Shown here piece after piece: positions 27,726 through 37,570 of a stretch of 64,000 nt of DNA; positions within the stretch are counted from its first letter, which is position 1; every line of letters begins with the position of its first letter. A program made the position numbers and the translations under genes. Below the pieces are notes generated by a model. The model was not told where the DNA came from and did no database searches. It saw only the letters and a list, made by a program, of their open reading frames with translations. The stretch is from Candidatus Saccharimonadales bacterium (GTDB lineage: Bacteria; Patescibacteriota; Saccharimonadia; Saccharimonadales; 2-12-FULL-41-12): positions 533,425 through 597,424 of the forward strand of contig JBFIJM010000001.1 of the NCBI GenBank assembly GCA_041600715.1. Direction: 5' to 3'.

Positions 27726-27851
27726 GCTTATACTTAGCTCTTTAGAAAGTACTATACACTCCTGTTAGCAGAGTAGCAATTGAGTAATGATGTCGTATGC
27801 TCGCTATACTTTGTATAGTGACTGGGTACGCTATGATAAACTGAAGATAAT

Positions 27852-28205
27852 ATGAATAAAAAGCTCATAGATACAACTCCTCCGCCCATCTGCAACCAAA
27901 TCGAGGATGAGCCTGGAAGCATCCAGGCTTCTCTGGATATCCTGGGTGATAAATGGTCACCTGTTCTACTCGGACAGCTCGTAAGTGCCGATAAAACATT
28001 CGGGGAGCTTGAGCTTGCTCTGAAAGGCGTTAGCCCCAGAACGCTTAGTTCCAGACTGGACAAGTTGGAGGCTGAATTAATACTTACTAAGAAGCTATAT
28101 TGCGAACACCCTCCCAGATATAAGTATTCTCTAACCAAAAAAGGTCACGACCTGCGCGGAATCCTTGCCCGGATGGCTGACTGGGGTAAGAAATACTCAG
28201 CTTAG
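27852..28205 (+). CDS. HxlR family transcriptional regulator
   Basis: CNQIEDEPGSIQASLDILGDKWSPVLLGQL is a typical HxlR winged-HTH N-terminus. Confidence 0.75.
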   Translation: MNKKLIDTTPPPICNQIEDEPGSIQASLDILGDKWSPVLLGQLVSADKTFGELELALKGVSPRTLSSRLDKLEAELILTKKLYCEHPPRYKYSLTKKGHDLRGILARMADWGKKYSA

Positions 28206-29170
28206 CTTTCTTTAGATATGCAGTCGCTCACTAATTGCAGTAGGTTAGAAATAGAGTCAGCAGACATCAGTTGTATCCGATATTCCTTGGCATTCGGAAA
28301 CCCATTCACGTATATCTTACAGAACTTATTTAAAGGAGCGATCGGTCGCTCACCTTCTTCCCAGGTTTCTGAAAATAATTGAACATGTCTTTGAAAAATC
28401 ATGAGCTTCTCCTTTGGAGACAAAGTATCCCAAGGCGACTTCTGTGCAAATGCATATGGATCCTGAAAGATACCTCTCCCAATCATAATCCCGTCCACGC
28501 CACTCGAAGCTACGAGCTCAAGACCCTGAGCATGGCTCATCACATCACCGTTCCCGACTAGTAATGTATTTGGGGCTATTTCATCACGTAGCTCTCGCAC
28601 TCTACTTGCCAGTTCCCAGTGCGCTGGAACCTTAGACATCTCACGAACCGTGCGCATGTGCACACTTACCATCGCCAATTGTTGTTCAAAAACAGTTCTG
28701 AGCCACCCTTCATCAAACTCCCGAAACCCAATACGTGTTTTTACGCTTAGTGGCAGTTGTCCATTCAGCCCTTCTTTTGTTGCCTGAATAATCTCTACGG
28801 CCCGGTCTGGAAACTGGATCATGCCACCACAACAACCGTTTTTTACCACTGCCTTGTCTGGACATCCAAAATTTATATCAACCCCATCAAAGCCCATATC
28901 TACTAGCTCAATGGCTGTTTTCCTGAAATTCTCTGGTGTTTTACCCCAAATTTGAGCGATCAGCGGATGCTCCGCATCCGTAAACTTCAGACGTCGCAGT
29001 GCTGCTGTACGCCCTGGCGATTGCAGGGCGTCGACGTTTACAAATTCTGTAAAGTACAAATCTGGAGCAGAGCATTCTGCTACTACCCGCCTAAATACAG
29101 TCTCTGTGACATCATCCATTGGCGCCAATACAAAAAAAGGTTTGGGTAAATTACTTAAAACATTATTCAC
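28202..29170 (-). CDS. dus: tRNA-dihydrouridine synthase
   Basis: LAPMDDVTE and DINFGCP motifs of the Dus family. Confidence 0.8.
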   Translation of the reverse strand: MNNVLSNLPKPFFVLAPMDDVTETVFRRVVAECSAPDLYFTEFVNVDALQSPGRTAALRRLKFTDAEHPLIAQIWGKTPENFRKTAIELVDMGFDGVDINFGCPDKAVVKNGCCGGMIQFPDRAVEIIQATKEGLNGQLPLSVKTRIGFREFDEGWLRTVFEQQLAMVSVHMRTVREMSKVPAHWELASRVRELRDEIAPNTLLVGNGDVMSHAQGLELVASSGVDGIMIGRGIFQDPYAFAQKSPWDTLSPKEKLMIFQRHVQLFSETWEEGERPIAPLNKFCKIYVNGFPNAKEYRIQLMSADSISNLLQLVSDCISKES

Positions 29171-29173
29171 TTC

Positions 29174-30073
29174 TTAACTATTATACAGATATAGAAGCGT
29201 TACGGATATGGCGCCACCTACTGTGTAATTAAGGAACATAAAACGATTCCATGCTCTCGCGTATCTAGGTGAAGTTTCAGAAGTAACCCCGAGGCAGCTA
29301 ATTATTACTAAGGCATATGGCACTAAAGCAATAATGCCAAAAATCGAGTCTCTGCCGTGTTCAAGAAACAAAGCTGTTGCCCCTAGTAGGTACATAATTA
29401 AACAAAAATATAGCGTTCGCTTGGCGCCAAGCCTTGTAGCGATAGTCGATGTACCGGTTTCACGATCAGGCTTTATGTCACGAATTGCACCAAGCGCATG
29501 CTGAGCTGTAGCCCATAAATAAAAAGCCATGAACGCGCCAACCCACATATCCTCACCGCCAAAATACAAAATAGCGAAAATAAACGGCGAAGTGTAATGG
29601 AACGCAGAAGTTAGCGAATCCAAAAATGCCGTTTCTTTAAATCGCAAACCATTCACGCTATATGCGAACACCAGGTAAATCATAATGATCAAAAAGAAGT
29701 TAGCAATAAAGTTACCAGTGACCAGCAAAAATAAAACGAACGGAACATTAGTCCAGGCAATAGCACGCCAAAGGTACGGATGCTTAAGTTTAGATAGAAC
29801 AGATCCGTGTATGCTACCGTTTTTTCTAGGGTTCTTAATGTCAGATTCGTAGTCAAAAATATCATTTACGCCGTACAGCATTAGGTTATACGGGATCAAG
29901 AAGTATAACGCGCCGAGAACAACTCGATAGTCAACAAAACCTTGTGTTAATAACGCCCCAATCACAAACGGTACCGTGGTTGTAATCCACCAAAATGGTC
30001 GACTAATCACTAGAATATCAGTAAGACTTAGCCTATTCCTTTTCATAAAAACTCCACACACTTCCAATGCCAA
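29174..30073 (-). CDS. UbiA-family prenyltransferase, CrtEb-like (lycopene elongase) by context
   Basis: A polytopic protein of about 290 aa with the Asp-rich motif NDIFDYESD (NDxxDxxxD). It lies immediately downstream of two lycopene-cyclase-domain minigenes and next to crtI. Confidence 0.65.
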   Translation of the reverse strand: MALEVCGVFMKRNRLSLTDILVISRPFWWITTTVPFVIGALLTQGFVDYRVVLGALYFLIPYNLMLYGVNDIFDYESDIKNPRKNGSIHGSVLSKLKHPYLWRAIAWTNVPFVLFLLVTGNFIANFFLIIMIYLVFAYSVNGLRFKETAFLDSLTSAFHYTSPFIFAILYFGGEDMWVGAFMAFYLWATAQHALGAIRDIKPDRETGTSTIATRLGAKRTLYFCLIMYLLGATALFLEHGRDSIFGIIALVPYALVIISCLGVTSETSPRYARAWNRFMFLNYTVGGAISVTLLYLYNS

Positions 30074-30326
30074 TAACTGCTGAGAAGGTATACATAAAAT
30101 CTTCTATTGGAGCATATCCTAGCCTGATGTTTGTCATTGTAGCCTCATTATACGTCACGACTGGCGCCCCAGTGAGGAACTGATCGAAAATTGCAGTGAG
30201 CACCATTAAGAAAACCATCACTCCCCAACATTGCCTAGTCTTAATAACATGCGTTTTGAGTATCCACATGTCTAAAACAATTGTGAGCAAAATGAAAGGT
30301 AGGCCCATTAAGACATACGTAAACAT
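30033..30326 (-). CDS. Lycopene cyclase domain protein (CrtYf/CrtYd-like subunit of a heterodimeric cyclase)
   Basis: A 97 aa protein with three TM helices and the conserved PxE(E/D)xxF motif (APIEDFMYTF). Confidence 0.55.
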   Translation of the reverse strand: MFTYVLMGLPFILLTIVLDMWILKTHVIKTRQCWGVMVFLMVLTAIFDQFLTGAPVVTYNEATMTNIRLGYAPIEDFMYTFSAVIGIGSVWSFYEKE

Positions 30327-30619
30327 ACTAGCCTCCAGACGATTACAACGTTATAAGTTAGCAGGCCTAGAAATAAAAACTCTTCTATCGGGAGGTCAGG
30401 ACTGCCGATGTATAGACCACTCACTAATGCTTGGTTAGTAGAAAATACACCCAGAAGAATTCCTACAATATCCCAAACTAAGAAGAAAACTAATGCAAAA
30501 GCAAAGCATGCTCCCGCTTGGTGGGGGTTACGAAACCATGCTAATTTATATATCCAATCTGCATATATTAATCCCAAGATGGAACATAACAGTAATACCA
30601 AATAGTAATATTGCATCAT
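30308..30619 (-). CDS. Lycopene cyclase domain protein (CrtYe/CrtYc-like subunit)
   Basis: About 104 aa from the internal Met (MMQYYYLVLLL), three TM helices, PIEEFLFLGLL motif. Starting at 30754 would overlap crtI. Confidence 0.55.
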   Translation of the reverse strand: MMQYYYLVLLLCSILGLIYADWIYKLAWFRNPHQAGACFAFALVFFLVWDIVGILLGVFSTNQALVSGLYIGSPDLPIEEFLFLGLLTYNVVIVWRLVCLRMS

Positions 30620-30640
30620 CTTATTGTTATTATAGAGGTA

Positions 30641-32203
30641 ATGAGCAAGAAAAAAGTAATAATTATCGGCTCTGGCATTGGTGGGTTGGGGACTGCATGC
30701 ATCTTGGGTCAGGCTGGTTATGATGTAGAGGTCTTCGAGAAAAATAGCTGGCACGGGGGTCGAGCTGGTTTAATTACTGTTAAAAAACAAAAAGACGGTA
30801 CTTGGGGCGAAGATGCCTCTCCTAGAAGCAAACAAAGTTTCAAATTTGATACTGGTCCAAGTTGGTACTTAATGCCTGACATCTTCGAACATTTTTATAA
30901 ACTTATTGGCGAAGATGTTCATGATCAGCTCGATCTCAAGCGCCTCAGTCCAAGTTATCAAGTCATGTTTAAAGACACGTTTCTCGGAAGTACAAAAATT
31001 TACGGGGATCTAAAAAAAGATGGGCCTACCCTAGAATCCATTGAACCAGGTGCGCATAACAGAATGATCACCTATCTCGAGCAGTCCAGCCACCAGTACA
31101 ATATTGCTATCTCTCAGTTTCTCTACAAAAACTACGATTCAATCTTAGACTTCTTTAGCTTAAAAATGATGCGCGACGGCCTACGGCTTAACGTCTTTAG
31201 CAGTATGCAGAGTTACGTTTCCAAAAGATTTTCAAGTCCCGAAATACAAAAAATTTTACAATATCCTCTTGTGTTTCTGGGCGCTAGTCCTAAGAATGCA
31301 CCAGCTCTTTATAACATCATGAGTCACATTGATTTTAAACAAGGTGTTTTTTACCCAATGGGAGGTATTTACTCTGTTACTAAATCACTAATACTGCTGG
31401 CAGAGAAAAGTGGCACGAAACTTCACCTTAACACTGAAGTAGAGCGCATTGTTACTTCAGAAAACCGTGCTACTGGTGTTATTGTAGACGGTAAATTACA
31501 CGAAGCTGATGTTGTAATCAGCAACGCAGATATACACTATACTGAAACGAAATTACTTCACCCGATTGATCGCCAATACTCAAAACGATATTGGGATAGT
31601 CGCACCCTAGCTCCGAGCGCATTGTTACTTTACTTAGGCGCAAAAGGCACATTCCCTCATCTAGAACATCATAACCTACTTTTTTCGAAAAATTGGGATG
31701 CTAATTTTAAGTCAATATTTGGGGGTAAAAAATTTCCTAAAGATCCTTCGATGTACGTTTGTAACCCTAATAAAACCGATCCAACTGTAGCGCCAAAAGG
31801 TCACGAGAATTTATTCGTTCTTGTGCCAATCGCACCTGGAGTCCACTATAACGACGTTCAATTAGAATCTTTTATCGATCAAACACTCGAGACACTCGAG
31901 ACAAGCATGCATATGACAAATTTACGTGAGAAGATTGTTTATAAAAAATCATTTTGCGTCAATGATTTTGAAACTACATATAACACTTTTAAGGGTTCGG
32001 CTTTGGGTCTCGCTCACACATTACGCCAAACAGCTATCTTCCGGCCACGAAACCAACATAAAAATATTCATAATTTACTATATGTGGGGGCCAATACCGT
32101 CCCGGGCATAGGTCTACCAATGTGTTTAATCAGTGCAGAGCTTGCATACAAACGAATTGTTAACGATACTTCTTGCGAACCAATCAAAACGCTAATTTCT
32201 TAG
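30641..32203 (+). CDS. crtI: Phytoene desaturase (CrtI family)
   Basis: The N-terminal FAD fold (KVIIIGSGIGGLGTACILGQAGYDVEVFEKN), FDTGPSWYLMPDIFEHFY and the C-terminal GLAHTLRQTAIFRPRN...LYVGANTVPGIGLPMCLISAELAYKRI block are all diagnostic of CrtI. The start is set at the ATG with a GAGG SD; the track starts at a TTG at 30611. Confidence 0.8.
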   Translation: MSKKKVIIIGSGIGGLGTACILGQAGYDVEVFEKNSWHGGRAGLITVKKQKDGTWGEDASPRSKQSFKFDTGPSWYLMPDIFEHFYKLIGEDVHDQLDLKRLSPSYQVMFKDTFLGSTKIYGDLKKDGPTLESIEPGAHNRMITYLEQSSHQYNIAISQFLYKNYDSILDFFSLKMMRDGLRLNVFSSMQSYVSKRFSSPEIQKILQYPLVFLGASPKNAPALYNIMSHIDFKQGVFYPMGGIYSVTKSLILLAEKSGTKLHLNTEVERIVTSENRATGVIVDGKLHEADVVISNADIHYTETKLLHPIDRQYSKRYWDSRTLAPSALLLYLGAKGTFPHLEHHNLLFSKNWDANFKSIFGGKKFPKDPSMYVCNPNKTDPTVAPKGHENLFVLVPIAPGVHYNDVQLESFIDQTLETLETSMHMTNLREKIVYKKSFCVNDFETTYNTFKGSALGLAHTLRQTAIFRPRNQHKNIHNLLYVGANTVPGIGLPMCLISAELAYKRIVNDTSCEPIKTLIS

Positions 32204-32576
32204 CGATTCTTTCAAGCTCATCGTGCCCAGGAGAATCTCCATCTGGTCCATCTGCTTTTAAAGACTCGCCTTCGTCGAAGGGAATTAAATGCACGTGAAC
32301 GTGCGGTACTTCCTCGCCTTTAATCACCAATCCAACGCGTTGTTTCCCAGTAACTTCACGGATATGTGATGCTACCTTTTTCACAGTTTTCCACAAAGCT
32401 TGATACTCTTCATCAGGCAAATCAATATATTGGTCAACCTGTAGTTTTGTAACTACCAACGTATGGCCTTCTCGTACAGGTCTAATTGTCAAAAATGCGA
32501 TTGTCTTTTCGTCTTCATACACCTTATGACAAGGGATATCGCCTTTAATAATTTTTGTGAATACTGACTCTTCCAT
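32184..32576 (-). CDS. HIT family hydrolase
   Basis: Histidine triad HVHVHLIP. Confidence 0.8.
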   Translation of the reverse strand: MEESVFTKIIKGDIPCHKVYEDEKTIAFLTIRPVREGHTLVVTKLQVDQYIDLPDEEYQALWKTVKKVASHIREVTGKQRVGLVIKGEEVPHVHVHLIPFDEGESLKADGPDGDSPGHDELERIAKKLAF

Positions 32577-32621
32577 ATGAGTACTATATTAACATTACTT
32601 TAATGGATGGGCGCTTGTTGT

Positions 32622-33737
32622 CTATTCCCAACGGAATAACTTAAAGGCGATTATATATATGATTACTGTCCAGCCTGCGATTATGGTCAATTGAGGCATT
32701 AACGAGACTAAAGTAGCCCCTTCCGTAATTATAAGTCGCACCGAATCAACGATAGGAGTAAGTGGGATGTAGCGGGTAATGTTTTGGAGCAAGTCCGGCA
32801 TTAAGAATGTAGGAAAGAATACCCCAGATAAAAACATCATTGGTAAAGCCACTAACTGTGCTAACGGTGCAGCTTGATTCTCATTTTTTGCCCATCCTCC
32901 TAGCGATAGCCCGATACCAAACATCAGTACTGTGCCCATCACTACCACAAGAGCTAGATTTAAATAGTTACCTCTCATTTCTAGATCGAACAAAACAACA
33001 GCACTAATAAACATCAACCCAACTGCAATCAATCCAATAATAGAGTTCGAGACAACGTTGCCAACAAAGTACTGCCACACTTTAAGAGGCGTGGTACGGT
33101 ATCTACGAAGTACCCCCCGTTGCTTTAACCGTGGGAAGACCGTAGTAGGACCAAATACACCTAAACTAAGGAGCGTGAACCCGAGAATACCCGCAAAAGT
33201 ATAATCAAACTGACGAAGGCCTTTTTGGGAAGTAGATTCCGTTTTAACACTAAATGATTCTACTGAAGGATTAAATTCTGCATTAATATCCTTAAAGATC
33301 GCTTCCATTATTGATGCTACGGTCCTGGATGCTTGCTCATTGTTTTGGTCGTATAAAATAATAGCTTGGCCAGCTGGACTATTAGAGCCATCTACTTCAC
33401 CAAAGTTTTCTGGTAGCGACACAATTGTGTCTATCTGCCCGCGCCTCATTTTCTCACGAGCTTCATTTAAAGTCACCTCACCTGCATCAATATCAAAAAC
33501 TTCGTTATCGCGCAGATCCTGTGAAAATTTCTTAGAGAATTCTGTCTTAGAGTCATTGATTAAAGCGACCTTGAATGAAATATCATTACTCCCACTAAAA
33601 ATAGTTCCAAAAATAATCAAGAATATAAAAGGAAAGAAGAAAACAAAGAAGATGGCCACCTTATCCCTAAACAGTCGACGTACATCGATTTTTATAAAAG
33701 TTATTACCGGTAAAAGTGAATGCTTAAGATTTATCAT
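32622..33737 (-). CDS. ABC-2 type transporter permease
   Basis: An N-terminal TM helix, a large extracytoplasmic loop and a C-terminal five-TM bundle. Start is 3 bp downstream of the stop of the ATPase gene. Confidence 0.7.
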   Translation of the reverse strand: MINLKHSLLPVITFIKIDVRRLFRDKVAIFFVFFFPFIFLIIFGTIFSGSNDISFKVALINDSKTEFSKKFSQDLRDNEVFDIDAGEVTLNEAREKMRRGQIDTIVSLPENFGEVDGSNSPAGQAIILYDQNNEQASRTVASIMEAIFKDINAEFNPSVESFSVKTESTSQKGLRQFDYTFAGILGFTLLSLGVFGPTTVFPRLKQRGVLRRYRTTPLKVWQYFVGNVVSNSIIGLIAVGLMFISAVVLFDLEMRGNYLNLALVVVMGTVLMFGIGLSLGGWAKNENQAAPLAQLVALPMMFLSGVFFPTFLMPDLLQNITRYIPLTPIVDSVRLIITEGATLVSLMPQLTIIAGWTVIIYIIAFKLFRWE

Positions 33738-33738
33738 G

Positions 33739-34548
33739 CTAGTCTCTGAGTGCCTTACCAGTTAGATCAATAAACACATCCTCTAGATTTGCTTGCTCGA
33801 CATGTTGAGACTTTTTAAAACCTTTCTTTAATAAGCTCTTTATCAAGTTCTTAGGTGTATCGATAGCAATTATTCTACCGTTGTCCATGACCGCAACCCT
33901 GTCGCATAACAGCTCTGCTTCGTCCATATAATGAGTCGTCATAATAACTGTCACCCCACGTTTTTGAACATTCCTAATTAGACCCCACAAATTCCGACGA
34001 GCTTGAGGATCGAGTCCTGTAGTAGGTTCGTCAAGAAAGAATACCTTCGGACTATGGACAAGTGCAGTTGCAATACTAAAGCGTTGTCTCTGCCCGCCTG
34101 ATAATTGCTCTGGGTAGCTATTAGCCTTATCTAGTAGCTGGACATCTGCTAGAAACTTCCGTGCGTCTACTTTCTCACCGTAAGTAGACGCAAAAAACTC
34201 AATATGTTCCGTTAATTTTGTCTTTTCCTCAAAATTTGGAGTTTGTGGCTGTACGCCGATCAAAGACTTTATCTTATGGGGGTTTTTCGAGATATCCACA
34301 CCACCTAGTGTGGCCACTCCACCGTCGATAGGGCGAAGCGTTTCCAGCATTTCAAGGGTTGTGGTTTTCCCGGCTCCGTTTGGCCCTAAGATACCGAATA
34401 TTTCTCCTTCTTTTACGAAAAAAGATATCCCCTTGACCACTTTTTTGCCGTCATATTTCTTCACTAGGTCTGTAACTTCGACTAATACCTTCATACTGCT
34501 GGTAAGTATAGCAAAAGCGTCCATCAGCCGAAGCCAATGGACGCTCAT
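33739..34548 (-). CDS. ABC transporter ATP-binding protein
   Basis: Walker A GPNGAGKTT, signature LSGGQRQRFSIA, Walker B FFLDEPTTGLD. Confidence 0.9.
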   Translation of the reverse strand: MSVHWLRLMDAFAILTSSMKVLVEVTDLVKKYDGKKVVKGISFFVKEGEIFGILGPNGAGKTTTLEMLETLRPIDGGVATLGGVDISKNPHKIKSLIGVQPQTPNFEEKTKLTEHIEFFASTYGEKVDARKFLADVQLLDKANSYPEQLSGGQRQRFSIATALVHSPKVFFLDEPTTGLDPQARRNLWGLIRNVQKRGVTVIMTTHYMDEAELLCDRVAVMDNGRIIAIDTPKNLIKSLLKKGFKKSQHVEQANLEDVFIDLTGKALRD

Positions 34549-34570
34549 TACTTATTTGGAGTAAGTTAAA

Positions 34571-34771
34571 CTACTTCCCGCGCTTTACAGTTAGGAAACC
34601 ATTACGTGGATTCTCGTTTACGCTCATACCATCTGGTAGATCAGTTGCGGTATCTTTTCTGTCATCTTTTGAGAAGTAAAAGATTCTCTGCTCTTTACCA
34701 CCACGAAGTACAACGTTCTTTGAGTTTAGGTAGTACTTAACACCTTTGCTGTTTGTATGACTATAACCCAT
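34571..34771 (-). CDS. Small basic hypothetical protein (66 aa)
   Basis: ORF with a conserved-looking KGVKYYLNSKNVVLRGGKEQRIFYFSK stretch; family not recognised. Confidence 0.3.
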   Translation of the reverse strand: MGYSHTNSKGVKYYLNSKNVVLRGGKEQRIFYFSKDDRKDTATDLPDGMSVNENPRNGFLTVKRGK

Positions 34772-34960
34772 TGTCTCTTATCTCCCTCTGTTAGATTACT
34801 AATGGTATCCCTACCATACTCCTGAGGCGATTTAGTTGTCAACCCCTTTGGCAATCAACACTCACAGACTAACCAATTAAAACGCATTGTTCTTGCGCCT
34901 GATTACGGTTATGTATTACACTAGTTTCAGTAACATTTAAAATGAAGGTGGATAACGCAT

Positions 34961-35659
34961 ATGGATTTTATGAACCGAGGTGTTCGTACCAATCAAGCCC
35001 AAACCCAACAGCCAGGACATCTAGGCAGTTCTGCGCCTGAAAACAATCAAAAACCAGGTAGATTTAATAAAGGTAATCTTTCTTGGAACAAAATCGGGAG
35101 TGTAGGATTCTTAGTCGCTATAGTTGTATTAGTCTCAGCGACTGTTTTATCCATAGGTCTTGGTAAAGGATCAGGCGAAAAACAATATGTTGATGATAAG
35201 CAGATGCAAGCAGTGTTCCTAAACGGTGGACAAGTTTACTTCGGTAATATCTCAGACCTTAACAATAAGTACATGCGTGTCGGCAACATTTACTACCTAC
35301 GTGTCAATCAGCAAGTTCAGCCAGACGGCAATGCCTCACAACAGAATGATATTTCCCTAGTAAAGCTAGGCTGTGAGCTTCACGGACCACAGGACGAAAT
35401 GCTTATCAATCGCGATCAGATTATCTTCTGGGAGAACCTAAAGAATGACGGTCAAGTAGCTAAGGCTGTTGAGGAGTATAAAAAGCAGAACCCAGAAGGT
35501 CAAAAGTGTGATACTGCTTCATCAGGGAGTAACAACACTAACACCAACGTTCCTAGTAACTCTAGCCAGAACAATACTAACGGCACAAACAACAGCACCA
35601 ACAATTCAACTACGCCATCAAATGGCACCACTAATAATTCTCAAACACAGAATCCTTAG
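34961..35659 (+). CDS. Hypothetical membrane-anchored protein with an Asn/Thr-rich low-complexity C-terminus
   Basis: A single TM helix, then a C-terminal run of NNTNGTNNSTNNSTTPSNGTTNNSQ. Confidence 0.4.
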   Translation: MDFMNRGVRTNQAQTQQPGHLGSSAPENNQKPGRFNKGNLSWNKIGSVGFLVAIVVLVSATVLSIGLGKGSGEKQYVDDKQMQAVFLNGGQVYFGNISDLNNKYMRVGNIYYLRVNQQVQPDGNASQQNDISLVKLGCELHGPQDEMLINRDQIIFWENLKNDGQVAKAVEEYKKQNPEGQKCDTASSGSNNTNTNVPSNSSQNNTNGTNNSTNNSTTPSNGTTNNSQTQNP

Positions 35660-35680
35660 TTAAATTAGTGAACAATAAAA

Positions 35681-35714
35681 AAGAACCGTCGGGGAAACCC
35701 GGCGGTTCTTTTTT
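35681..35714. terminator. Bidirectional rho-independent terminator between convergent genes
   Basis: AAGAACCGTCGGGGAAACCCGGCGGTTCTT hairpin flanked by an A-run upstream and a T-run downstream. Confidence 0.6.
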
Positions 35715-36300
35715 ATCTTATCTTTGCTAGAGCCAATCTGATAATAGATGCCAACCCGAACAATGCACCCAGTACAATGCTAATGCCTGCTAGATCTGGC
35801 GACCAGCGAGGTGATACAAAATCAAATTTATACAAATCTTGAGCTATATCGTTAGTTTGTGACGCATTTCTTGCTACGTAGTCTTGGATACAACTAACTC
35901 TGGGAGCATTAAACCCTTGTCCTGGGAACTGAGAACCACACTGTGCTTCAGCTTGACGTGTCACCTCCTCATTGAGGGACTTTATCCTTGCTTCCTCTGA
36001 TTTCATCAGTCGTTCATAACGGCCTTTTAGCTGTATGGGAGGTTTTATAGCAAAGTTTCCGCTATTAAGGTTTGTGTTCATATGCCCATGTACGTGGCCT
36101 CTCAGGTTTTGAAGAGCGGTCTCAACGTCTCCGTTCTGCTCGTCAGCAGTGATTACCGCTTGTCTTAGTTCTATCATTTTAAAGTTATTATCCCGCAATC
36201 CGTAGACGCTCAGCCCAAAGAATATAATGGTTGGTATCAATAAATACACCGGCTTAACATGGTGTAGTTTCCTAAGCGAATAATGGTAGGTGTTTTTCAT
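35713..36300 (-). CDS. Hypothetical membrane-anchored protein
   Basis: N-terminal and C-terminal hydrophobic segments; no domain recognised. Confidence 0.4.
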   Translation of the reverse strand: MKNTYHYSLRKLHHVKPVYLLIPTIIFFGLSVYGLRDNNFKMIELRQAVITADEQNGDVETALQNLRGHVHGHMNTNLNSGNFAIKPPIQLKGRYERLMKSEEARIKSLNEEVTRQAEAQCGSQFPGQGFNAPRVSCIQDYVARNASQTNDIAQDLYKFDFVSPRWSPDLAGISIVLGALFGLASIIRLALAKIR

Positions 36301-36304
36301 ATAT

Positions 36305-37516
36305 TTATATTTTAACGTCTAAGGCCTTAAATTTCTCCAACAATACTAGCAGGGAGACGAGCGAAGCTACGACAAAAAGTATAGAAAGCCCTGTCTTGTC
36401 GTTCACAAAATAAAGTAGTCCAACTCCTAGTCCATAAAATAAGGCTCTTCCTAGCACCCCAAAAGCTTCCATCGAAGCAATATATACTATTCTTCTACCT
36501 GGTAAGTCGTCACATCTGTCATAGAACCCTTTATAGTAAGGCATCCTATACGCAGCGGAAACCCCCTCATGAGCAATATTTACCGCTAGAACTCCTGAAT
36601 AAGAACCAACGAATGGTCTTATGAGGAATAAAAATACATTGGCTGTTATCCCAGACTTAAGCAAGGCTCTTCCCTTATGGTCATCGACTACTTTTCCGTA
36701 AAATCTAGCCACTAATATAGCCATAATAATAGATACAGACGCAAGGCTACCGAGCTTTATATATGGATTATCAATAAGAATAAAAACTGCAGCAAACAGT
36801 GGCCATATCACTATGTGAGTGCTGTGTTCTATATCAATTGCGATGTATGACACATAGTCTCTCCATAAAGACCTCATCCTAAGGTCTTTAAAAGAAATCT
36901 TCTGGTTGGTTCTAGTTGGTTCGGCGGTAAAGAACAGGGGAACAGCCCCCATAAGCAAAATAACCCCGCCTACTACGAAGATATATTTAGGGTCTATAAA
37001 GTATGCGATTAATCCACCTGCAACTGGGCCGATCGCATTCCCTCCCTTCTCCATAATACTTAGCCAGCCAAGTTCTTTGCCACCATGATCACTATGTTTT
37101 ACCTTAGAAAAATCAACATGAAATGCTACAAAAAACATTGAGTGACCAAATGCCATTGTTAAACCAGCAAGTGCGAGAGCGACCCAGCTATAGCTCATCC
37201 CAGCAAACTGCGCCATTGTGATTATTTGGATCATGTAACTTAATAGCATGCTGTGCTTTGGGCCTATACGAGCCACTATGAGTCCGTTCACAAGGGCGAA
37301 TAAACCCCAGGCTGTCATCAGAACAGTAAAGAATGTCAGTATTTCCTGTATCGTAAATCCGAGAGTATAAAGATAGATAGGTATAAATATACCAACCAAA
37401 CTGCCAGCTAAACTCCTTAGCATCATGCTGGCGTATAACTCGCTTAGCTCATCAAAGCCAATAGTTCGCCAATAATGATGGCGGTGCGTTAAGCGATAAA
37501 TTAATCTTTTTAGCAT
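36305..37516 (-). CDS. MFS transporter
   Basis: Twelve TM helices; about 400 aa. Confidence 0.65.
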   Translation of the reverse strand: MLKRLIYRLTHRHHYWRTIGFDELSELYASMMLRSLAGSLVGIFIPIYLYTLGFTIQEILTFFTVLMTAWGLFALVNGLIVARIGPKHSMLLSYMIQIITMAQFAGMSYSWVALALAGLTMAFGHSMFFVAFHVDFSKVKHSDHGGKELGWLSIMEKGGNAIGPVAGGLIAYFIDPKYIFVVGGVILLMGAVPLFFTAEPTRTNQKISFKDLRMRSLWRDYVSYIAIDIEHSTHIVIWPLFAAVFILIDNPYIKLGSLASVSIIMAILVARFYGKVVDDHKGRALLKSGITANVFLFLIRPFVGSYSGVLAVNIAHEGVSAAYRMPYYKGFYDRCDDLPGRRIVYIASMEAFGVLGRALFYGLGVGLLYFVNDKTGLSILFVVASLVSLLVLLEKFKALDVKI

Positions 37517-37570
37517 ATTTTTGTTTGTGGTTTTTTACATCATACCACAAGAGAAGCTATACTATCTTTT

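Noticed and set aside
30622-30754. N-terminal extension of the CrtYe-like minigene to the ORF-track start at 30754
   Set aside because: It would overlap crtI by more than 100 bp on the opposite strand. The extension is not hydrophobic, whereas the internal Met-Met yields a ~104 aa protein matching family size.
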